DNA of 64,000 nucleotides from an uncultured Gammaproteobacteria bacterium (lineage in GTDB: Bacteria > Patescibacteriota > Patescibacteriia > UBA9934): assembly GCA_964452565.1 (NCBI GenBank), contig CAYVLY010000002.1:119166-183165 (forward strand). The letters run 5' to 3'. Of this stretch, positions 56,788 to 64,000 are shown piece after piece; within the stretch, counting starts at the first letter, position 1, and the number at the start of each line of letters is the position of its first letter. Below the pieces are notes generated by a model, which saw nothing but the letters and a program-made list of their open reading frames with translations, ran no database searches and was not told the origin of the DNA. The position numbers and the translations under genes were made by a program.

Positions 56788-57966
56788 ATGCATTTGGCGA
56801 TCGACATAAGGCATTTAGCAGCTGATCAACACTCAGGCATAGGACGTTACACGATCGAAATAATAAAGCGCATGACAAAGATGGCGCCAGATGATTATTT
56901 TACACTTTTTGCAGCAGGATCTTCAGAAACACTTGCGAAACTCCCAAAATTCTCTGGAAGAAATATAGAACTTATCAAAGAAGAAACGCCAAATAGAGCA
57001 CTTTCCGCAAAGCTTCACTTCACAGCCCACACACTTGAAGACTTCTTACCAAAGCAACCTGATCTTTGGTTTTTCCCAAACATCAATATCATCAAAACAC
57101 ACAGGCCATACGTGATAACAATGCATGACCTTTCTTTTGAGCTCTTCCCTAGATTCTTCAGGATAAAAGATCGCATCTGGCACAGGGCTGCAGCACCTCA
57201 ATCACTAGCAGAACACGCGGAGCTAATCTTTGCGGTTTCGGAAAATACAAAGCATAACCTTAGTGCCCTCTGGGGCATTGGTGAGGATAGCATTGTATCT
57301 ACCCCGCTTGGAGTTGACGATCGTTTTGAAACCAAGGAGCAACCATGCGACAAGAATTATCTGCAATCGCACAGTATTGATTATCCGTATATTTTAAGCC
57401 TTTGCACGCTTGAACCGCGCAAGAACATTGAAACCATTGTAGAAGCATACGAAATTTGGCGGGAACAGAACACAGAACACAGAACCCAGCCGAAGGCCCT
57501 GAGCCTGTCGAAGGGAACACAGAACACAGAACCCCACTTAGTTATTGCTGGAGGTCGCGGGTGGAAGAATGATTACCTTCACAAACGTATTCGATCCTCA
57601 AGGTACTCATCAGACATTCATGTTCTGGGGTATATTAAGGAAAATCACAAACCAACACTATATAGACACGCAGAGCTATTCTTGTTCCCATCGTTTTTTG
57701 AAGGATTTGGTCTGCCAATTGTTGAAGCTATGGCAAGTGGGACCCAGGTGATTACAAGTTTTACTGGATCTATGCAGGAGGTCGGCAAAGAGCATGTGAT
57801 CTTCGTGGATCCATACAACGTACACGACCTGGTGCATGCTATCGATGTTGGTTTAAAAACAGATCACAACCTTGGACCACATATCCCATCTATTTTCTCC
57901 TGGAACGCTGCCGCAATGCGTACACTGATGTCGATCAAGGCATTGGAAAAAGAGGCTGTAGAGTAA
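56788..57966 (+). CDS. Family 4 glycosyltransferase carrying an in-frame 45-bp repeat insertion
   Basis: FEGFGLPIVEAMASGTQVITS GT4 motif. Residues EQNTEHRTQPKALSLSKGTQNTEP are encoded by the repeat at 57479..57523. Confidence 0.85.
   Translation: MHLAIDIRHLAADQHSGIGRYTIEIIKRMTKMAPDDYFTLFAAGSSETLAKLPKFSGRNIELIKEETPNRALSAKLHFTAHTLEDFLPKQPDLWFFPNINIIKTHRPYVITMHDLSFELFPRFFRIKDRIWHRAAAPQSLAEHAELIFAVSENTKHNLSALWGIGEDSIVSTPLGVDDRFETKEQPCDKNYLQSHSIDYPYILSLCTLEPRKNIETIVEAYEIWREQNTEHRTQPKALSLSKGTQNTEPHLVIAGGRGWKNDYLHKRIRSSRYSSDIHVLGYIKENHKPTLYRHAELFLFPSFFEGFGLPIVEAMASGTQVITSFTGSMQEVGKEHVIFVDPYNVHDLVHAIDVGLKTDHNLGPHIPSIFSWNAAAMRTLMSIKALEKEAVE
57479..57523. repeat. 45-bp repeat (copy of 40279..40323) embedded in-frame in the glycosyltransferase coding sequence
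   Basis: 44 of 45 identical. Flanked on both sides by GGGAACA(GAACA)CAGAACACAGAACCC short tandem repeats. Confidence 0.85.
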
Positions 57967-58080
57967 TTTTTGCTTAGTGTTTTTTCGAACAATTCAGGTG
58001 TTCATCGCACCTGTATTTTTTATCCACTGTTACCCACATTTGAACACAGAAAGTGCACGAAAAAATGGTAAAATAGATGC

Positions 58081-59211
58081 ATGCGTATTGGTATTGATGC
58101 TAGATTTTATGGACCCCGAGTGGGCGGAGGCGGACTTGGTCGTTACGTCGCTGAATTAGTGACTCATTTACAAGAAATTGACCAAAAAAATCAGTACGTT
58201 CTTTTTTTACGTAAAGACAACTTTCACGAATGTCGAATAACTAACAAGAACTTCTCAAAGCAACTTGTTGACATTCCTTGGTACACGCTAGAGGAGCAGA
58301 TGAAAATGCCGGGAGTGGTTGCACGCTCGCAAGTGGACTTCATGCACTACCCACACTGGAACGTTCCGATCTTTTCGAAAGTACCATTCATAGTAACAGT
58401 CCATGATCTCATAATGCTTGAACTGCCTCGCTCTTCAAGGGTTAGCACTCGCAGTCCGATTGTTTACGGATTTAAGCATGCAGGATTTAGAATGACGCTT
58501 GAGAGTGCAATTCATAGATCTCGACACATTCTTACGGTGTCAAAGTATACTAAGCAGTCGATCCTCAAACATTTTGGCGTAAAGCAGGATGAGATAACAG
58601 TCATCCTAAATGGAGTTATTCCACCTCGTGAAGCCCGATCTGTTAGTCTCACCGCTCTCGGTGTATATCAGCCGTACTTTCTCTATGTTGGAAATGCTTA
58701 TCCGCACAAGAATATCGAAATGATGATGCATGCATTCGCGCAGTTTCATGAGAATCATCCATATGTACAGTTAGTAATTGCCGGACGTCGTGATGTATTT
58801 TCACAAAGATTGGAAAAAGAAGCTGATGAGCTTGGTCTAAAGGGTGAGGCTGTTCGATTCATTGATCTACCAACAGATGAAGAACTTGCTGCACTTTATA
58901 AAAATGCAAATCTATTCATCTTCCCTTCTCGAATCGAGGGATTTGGGATCCCACCACTTGAGGCAATGAGCTATGGGACTCCGGTCGCGGCAGCAAAAAC
59001 AAGTTCGATTCCCGAGGTTTGCAAGCATGCTGCTCACTACTTTGAACCAGACGATATCGAGGCGCTCGCAGAGCTTATGCGCCAAGCAGCAGATGAGCCT
59101 GAACGTTTTGATCAAAGCACAAAGGATGGATTCAAAGTTGCTGAAAGTTATACATGGCGCGAAACAGCAAAACAGACTTTAGAAGTTTACAATAATCAAT
59201 CACTACTCTAA
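58081..59211 (+). CDS. Family 4 glycosyltransferase
   Basis: EGFGIPPLEAMSYGTPVAAAKTSSIPEV GT4 motif. Confidence 0.85.
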   Translation: MRIGIDARFYGPRVGGGGLGRYVAELVTHLQEIDQKNQYVLFLRKDNFHECRITNKNFSKQLVDIPWYTLEEQMKMPGVVARSQVDFMHYPHWNVPIFSKVPFIVTVHDLIMLELPRSSRVSTRSPIVYGFKHAGFRMTLESAIHRSRHILTVSKYTKQSILKHFGVKQDEITVILNGVIPPREARSVSLTALGVYQPYFLYVGNAYPHKNIEMMMHAFAQFHENHPYVQLVIAGRRDVFSQRLEKEADELGLKGEAVRFIDLPTDEELAALYKNANLFIFPSRIEGFGIPPLEAMSYGTPVAAAKTSSIPEVCKHAAHYFEPDDIEALAELMRQAADEPERFDQSTKDGFKVAESYTWRETAKQTLEVYNNQSLL

Positions 59212-59214
59212 GGC

Positions 59215-61839
59215 ATGGCTCGCAAAAGGCGACAATCAAAGAACTTGAAAAAGGCACAACCGCAAGTGTCCAAGCTTTATGATGATGCGCTTCCAGTTTC
59301 CCTGCAGAATCGTGGGATATCTGATGCGTTGCGGCCTGGGATACGCGTGCACTCGTCAGACACAGCGCCTGTGTCACCTTATGTGATTGAGTTGTCTCGA
59401 CAGGAAAAGCGAGAACAAGCAAAAGAAACCACTGAACAAAAAATTGAAGAACTTGCAGCTCAACTGGCTCAAATAAATGAATTTGATCAAATAGATACTG
59501 CAGTGCCAGTAGTAGCATCCCTTGAGTTGTCTTCTGGGGAACTTGCCGGACAGCTTCGCGAGCCTGAAAGAATCATTGGAAAAATTCAAATCAAAGAATC
59601 AGTTGAATCAACTACGCATGTAAGTGAGCTTCCAGAGATTGAGGTTGACTCTCCAGATGTTTGGAGTGTGATCGAACAAGTGGATCCTTCGTCATCTTCG
59701 ATTCCTCAGGATGACGAACTTACTTGTCATTCTGAGCGCAGCGAAGAATCTACTCAGGACGAGATTAACCACGAATCCCACAAAGTATTAAGTTCTGAGA
59801 CACTTGTAGAGCGCTTCTCGAGAATTCACTTGCTTTTACCAAAACAAGCACGTCACCGTGCCATGGCAGCATTTTTGGTTATCTCATTCATCCTTGTAAT
59901 GCCATTACATGCCATGCAAGGCATAATAGATAGTACGTCCATTGAGTCAGAGATCACCCGCATTAGCTCACAGGCGATAACTGAGATCGAGAGTGCAACT
60001 AGTTCTGCTCAGGCGCAAAAGTTTGGAACTGCAAGCTTAGACTTTGAGCGTGCAGCTGAAAGTTTTGAAGAAGCAGAGCAATCACTTAAAAACATGCACC
60101 TAGCCGCGACTGCTCTCGTAAACATCATTCCTCAAACAGATAACACATACGACACGGTTCAAGGTTTAGTGCGTGCAGGAGCATCACTTTCAACTGCTGC
60201 AGCCCAAATCAGCTCCGCAATTGAACAGCTTACAGATGCTGACTCTTACGACCTTGTTACCAAGCTGGAGCTTCTAACAACTTATGTTAATGCTGCGCTT
60301 CCAGAAGTGGTAGAAGCGAATAAGGCGCTCGGCGAAGTTGATCTAACACTGATACCTGCAGATTACATCGATAAAATCACAATGCTTTTGGATACCGCGC
60401 CGTCACTTGAGGCGTCGATGAACGAATTCTTACAATTCTCAGGAACTCTTCAGGTACTACTTGGTGGAGACCAAAAGATGCGCTACCTACTTGCATTCCA
60501 AAATAACACAGAGCTTAGAGCTACTGGAGGATTTGTGGGAAGCTTTGCACAAGTCGACATGCTAAATGGTGTAATTGAGGAAATCGACATTCCTGAAGGT
60601 GGTACTTATGACGTTCAAGGTCAACTTGATGAGTACATCGCGCCACCAGAGCCACTTACACTTCTAAATAGCCGTTGGGAATTGCAAGACGCCAACTGGT
60701 TCCCTGACTTCCCAAGCTCAGCCCAGAAAATGCTTGGATTCTACGAAAGCGCCGGTGGCCCAACACTTGATGGTGTTATAGCAATCAATGCGACCCTAAT
60801 GCCAAAGTTGCTTGAAATCACTGGGCCGATTGAAATGCCTGAATATGATCGAACGATTACAGCTGAGAACTTCTTATTTGAAACTCAGAAGATTGTTGAA
60901 TACGAATATATAGAGTACGAGGATGATGCAGAGCGCGAGGAAGACGCTCCAAAGCAATTCATTGGCGACTTAGCGCCAAAAATCTTAGAACGGCTTAGTG
61001 AAGCAGAGCCTGAGATGCTTTTGCAGGTTCTAGACTTACTTGCAACCTCGCTCACGCAAAAGGACATGATAATCTACATGCAGGACAATGAACTGCAAAG
61101 CGATATTGAGACACTGGGTTGGTCAGGGTCGCTCAAACAAACAGATGGCGACTATCTCATGGTTGTGAACACAAACCTTGGTGGTGGAAAAACCGATACA
61201 GTGATTAAACAAGACATCCAACTTGATGTTGAGATCGCAGAAGATGGGTCAATCATAAATACAGTCACAATCACAAAAGAACACACAGGACTTAGCACAG
61301 CTCTATTTGAAGGTGTAAACAATGTTGATTACATACGGCTATACGTGCCACTTGGAAGTGAGCTTTTGAGTGCAAGTGGCTTTGAGATCCCAGATGATGA
61401 ACTTTTTGAAGAGTCTGAGGTCCCTCTACAAGCTGATGAGGACATGCTTATGTGGACATCTGACTTTGCTATGGATATGAACTCTGGAACTGATATTTGG
61501 GCAGAGCAAGGTAAAACAGTATTTGGAAACTGGATTCAAACAAAGCCAGGTGAGATTGAAACTGTTACATTTAGCTACAAGCTACCATTTGCTTTTGAAG
61601 AATCTGGAGACTCGATTCTTGAAATGGCAAAGGCTTATCTTGGGATCAAACAGCTAAACGAATATTCGCTACTGTTACAAAAGCAGCCTGGAGTGGAAAC
61701 TCGCACAACAGACATTAATGTATTTGGACCAAGTAACCACAATATTATCTGGAGCTCACATAATGAACTAACTACTTCTGGAACTCAGATTGATAATTCT
61801 CAAGATCACTTCTTCTCTACCCTGTTCGAACAACGATAA
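59215..61839 (+). CDS. Large membrane-anchored protein (874 aa), hypothetical
   Basis: Single TM helix near residue 210 (AMAAFLVISFILVMPL), followed by a long extracytoplasmic region. Confidence 0.65.
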   Translation: MARKRRQSKNLKKAQPQVSKLYDDALPVSLQNRGISDALRPGIRVHSSDTAPVSPYVIELSRQEKREQAKETTEQKIEELAAQLAQINEFDQIDTAVPVVASLELSSGELAGQLREPERIIGKIQIKESVESTTHVSELPEIEVDSPDVWSVIEQVDPSSSSIPQDDELTCHSERSEESTQDEINHESHKVLSSETLVERFSRIHLLLPKQARHRAMAAFLVISFILVMPLHAMQGIIDSTSIESEITRISSQAITEIESATSSAQAQKFGTASLDFERAAESFEEAEQSLKNMHLAATALVNIIPQTDNTYDTVQGLVRAGASLSTAAAQISSAIEQLTDADSYDLVTKLELLTTYVNAALPEVVEANKALGEVDLTLIPADYIDKITMLLDTAPSLEASMNEFLQFSGTLQVLLGGDQKMRYLLAFQNNTELRATGGFVGSFAQVDMLNGVIEEIDIPEGGTYDVQGQLDEYIAPPEPLTLLNSRWELQDANWFPDFPSSAQKMLGFYESAGGPTLDGVIAINATLMPKLLEITGPIEMPEYDRTITAENFLFETQKIVEYEYIEYEDDAEREEDAPKQFIGDLAPKILERLSEAEPEMLLQVLDLLATSLTQKDMIIYMQDNELQSDIETLGWSGSLKQTDGDYLMVVNTNLGGGKTDTVIKQDIQLDVEIAEDGSIINTVTITKEHTGLSTALFEGVNNVDYIRLYVPLGSELLSASGFEIPDDELFEESEVPLQADEDMLMWTSDFAMDMNSGTDIWAEQGKTVFGNWIQTKPGEIETVTFSYKLPFAFEESGDSILEMAKAYLGIKQLNEYSLLLQKQPGVETRTTDINVFGPSNHNIIWSSHNELTTSGTQIDNSQDHFFSTLFEQR

Positions 61840-61856
61840 GCAAAAACCCCCTCCAT

Positions 61857-61918
61857 CTCCCCCTTCGAAAGGGGGAGGGTCTAGGTCGAAATCAAGCCCC
61901 CTCCTTACGAAGGAGGGG
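61857..61918 (+). other. Twin GC-rich hairpins in the intergenic region. The second sequesters the RBS of the downstream gene.
   Basis: Hairpin 1 is CTCCCCC-ttcgaaa-GGGGGAG at 61857..61877. Hairpin 2 is CCCCTCCTT-acg-AAGGAGGGG at 61898..61918, ending 1 nt before ATG 61919. AGGAGG lies inside its 3' arm. Confidence 0.5.
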
Positions 61919-63883
61919 ATGGGGGAGGTCCATAAGAACTCGATCGGATACAAACATATGACACCGAAGGAATCCAAGAAAAAAACAAAAAAACACTCGT
62001 CAAAAGCGCATGAAAAAAAGCATGCGCCTCATGAGCCTCACACAGACAGAACACAGAAGCATGAAAAAACTCATGAGCATATAAAGCATGAGCGGCACCC
62101 ACATAAGGAAGATAAGGAGCTCATGATGGATGAGGGGCTGGAAGCAATCTATGGCGACGGTGCAATCGACTTTGAAAAACTAGACCGTGGCGGAAATCGA
62201 CTTACGAAAATCCTCATCGCAGCTGTAATCGTTTTAGCAGTCCTTGCCGTAACTGCTTGGGCTGGGTTTTTTGTCTATACCAAGTTCTTCGAGGTGTCGC
62301 ATGATAAAAACTTTGAACTTGAAATTCTAATGGATGAAGAGCTAACCAGTGGGCAGACAACGCAGATCGAAATTCAATACGCAAACCCAACCACTGTCCC
62401 GATTGCTTCACTTGAGCTTGACGTAAACCTCCCTTCCACATTCCGTGTCTACTCGTTTAGCGAAGATCCAACAAACCTGGATGACCTGATTTGGGAGATG
62501 GGTTCCCTACCTGGAATCACCGACAACATAATAACTATTGAGGGTGTGTGGGTCGCAGAAGCTCCGTCTGAGACTCCTGTGCAGGTCTATGCGAACTACA
62601 AGCCCGGGAACTTTAACTCTACTTTTGAAGATATTGCCGTTGTATACGTCACAACACTTGAGAGCACACTGACAGCGCTCATCGAGGGCCCTGAGGAAGC
62701 ATCTGCTGGTGAAACACTTGATTACACACTAAGTGTTGAAAATATTGGCGATGAGCCGTTTGAGGACTTGCAGGTGAGTGTTGATCTGCCACAGGGATTT
62801 TACCTTGAAGATAGCGATCCCGAACTTGAAGCAGGTGGCCCTGCAGAGTGGGATATTGACTTTATTGATGCAAAGGAAATAATCGAAATTAGTTTCTCTG
62901 GAACTTTTGCTTCTAACATCGAAGGCTTCCAGTACTTTGATGCTTCTGTCGATTTGGTGACTGAAACACGAGAGATTGAGCAATCTAGCGCACAAGCATA
63001 CACTGATGTCCTACAAAACGATATTAGTGTGCAGCTGGTTGCCAATGGAGTAACCGATGAAACTAGTGTGGACGTCGACAGTAACCTGCGAATCAGCATC
63101 GGACTTGAGAATACTGAAGATACTCCAATCGAGGATCTGTCAGTGCTGCTCGACTTCCAATCTGATGACTCAATCCCGATTGGATGGAGCAACTCTACAC
63201 TTGATAGCGGAACAATAACAAGCGATGGGATCTACTGGACTCTGGATTCGATTGAGCCGGGTGAGAAGATCCTTATTAATACTTCGTTCCCAATAGACTC
63301 TGAGCTTGGAGTGGGCGACGCTGATACATTCCAGGTTGTAGCGTCATCGACCTATGAAGGACGTAAGGTGCTATCATCTCCGATGAGTATTTTGATAAAT
63401 TCAGAAGCAGATTTACAAACATCTATCCGATACTACGAGGATAGCGGTGCAGTGCTTGGAAACGGACCCCTACCGCCACAGGTTGATCAAACCACTACAT
63501 ACAGCGTGATATGGACGATCGACAATAGTCTGCATGATCTTGAAGATGTTACTGTGAGCGCAGATCTTCCCCCACATGTGAGTTGGGCTGGGAACGCAAC
63601 ACATGACCTAGGATCGATAAACTATAATGGCTCTGAACATAGCGTTGCATGGACAGTTGATTCGCTGACGTCTGATCTTTCTAGCATTGAAGGACGGTTC
63701 TCAATTTCGATTACCCCAGATTCTGGTGATGTTGGATCGTTTGTGAAGTTGATCTCTGGATCTGAACTAAAAGCAACTGACTCATCCACTGGCGAATCGC
63801 TGACTAGCTCGACTGATTCACTAACAACCGATCTGGTAGATGATATGTACGCTATTGTAGAGGGAGGGGTTGTTATTGAGTAA
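61919..63883 (+). CDS. Large surface protein with an N-terminal basic region, one TM helix and DUF11-like repeat domains
   Basis: His/Lys-rich N-terminus. TM helix LTKILIAAVIVLAVLAVTAWAGFFVY. Repeated segments of the TLDYTLSVENIGDEPFEDLQVSVDLP type. Confidence 0.65.
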   Translation: MGEVHKNSIGYKHMTPKESKKKTKKHSSKAHEKKHAPHEPHTDRTQKHEKTHEHIKHERHPHKEDKELMMDEGLEAIYGDGAIDFEKLDRGGNRLTKILIAAVIVLAVLAVTAWAGFFVYTKFFEVSHDKNFELEILMDEELTSGQTTQIEIQYANPTTVPIASLELDVNLPSTFRVYSFSEDPTNLDDLIWEMGSLPGITDNIITIEGVWVAEAPSETPVQVYANYKPGNFNSTFEDIAVVYVTTLESTLTALIEGPEEASAGETLDYTLSVENIGDEPFEDLQVSVDLPQGFYLEDSDPELEAGGPAEWDIDFIDAKEIIEISFSGTFASNIEGFQYFDASVDLVTETREIEQSSAQAYTDVLQNDISVQLVANGVTDETSVDVDSNLRISIGLENTEDTPIEDLSVLLDFQSDDSIPIGWSNSTLDSGTITSDGIYWTLDSIEPGEKILINTSFPIDSELGVGDADTFQVVASSTYEGRKVLSSPMSILINSEADLQTSIRYYEDSGAVLGNGPLPPQVDQTTTYSVIWTIDNSLHDLEDVTVSADLPPHVSWAGNATHDLGSINYNGSEHSVAWTVDSLTSDLSSIEGRFSISITPDSGDVGSFVKLISGSELKATDSSTGESLTSSTDSLTTDLVDDMYAIVEGGVVIE

Positions 63884-63942
63884 TAATAACCAAAGGGACC
63901 AAAGAAACCCGTAGCCAGATAAAGACCGATCCGTATAATTAT

Positions 63943-64000
63943 CCATCCCGAGCGTAGCCCGGCAACTGCCGGGCGTAGTCGAGGGATCTCTCGACTCCCC
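63943..64000. repeat. Palindromic intergenic element (REP/MITE-like), copy 3, truncated by the window end
   Basis: CCATCCCGAGCGTAGCCCGGCAACTGCCGGGCGTAGTCGAGGGATCTCTCGACTC shares both CCATCCCGAG and GGATCTCTCGACTC with copy 1. Confidence 0.65.

Overview
The window splits into two very different parts. Positions 1 to about 36,060 are GC-rich (roughly 60-68%) and form a mosaic mobile island. Downstream lies a low-GC (about 40-45%) chromosomal segment whose gene content resembles a small-genome, CPR/Saccharibacteria-like bacterium. The junction sits at the 3' end of a tRNA-Val(GAC) gene at 36061..36137 on the minus strand, the classic position for integrase-mediated island insertion.

The island carries:
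- a phage-type tyrosine integrase (18156..19367) with an upstream excisionase-like HTH, followed by an attP-like region made of 8 copies of TGCCACCCAG flanking a tRNA 3' fragment;
- two replication-relaxation family proteins, a P-loop coupling-ATPase module with a membrane vWA protein and an HExxH peptidase, an orphan DNA methyltransferase and an XRE regulator;
- an atypical Type I-like restriction-modification locus: a methyltransferase with a nuclease-like N-terminal domain, an HsdS specificity subunit and an HNH nuclease, with no HsdR and two unknown neighbours;
- a XerC/D-like recombinase, a metallophosphoesterase, a DDE transposase and an ECF sigma factor.

A perfect 22-bp palindrome, GGTGTTTCAGGCCTGAAACACC, occurs three times exactly plus once with one mismatch across the island. 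One copy lies inside the XerC-like recombinase coding sequence.

The host part encodes tRNA-Val, a RluD-like pseudouridine synthase, a CMP kinase-like protein, rplS, uvrA, secG, a peptide-binding protein, RNase J, trpS and RNase P RNA. It also encodes a polysaccharide module (a polyprenyl-phosphate sugar transferase plus three GT4 glycosyltransferases) and two large surface proteins. Several repeat families are present: palindromic intergenic elements, a 45-bp repeat also inserted in-frame in a glycosyltransferase gene, and direct repeats next to promoters. A small high-GC gene sits directly upstream of the RNase P RNA gene.

Every family assignment is motif-level reading of the supplied translations. 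No database search was possible.
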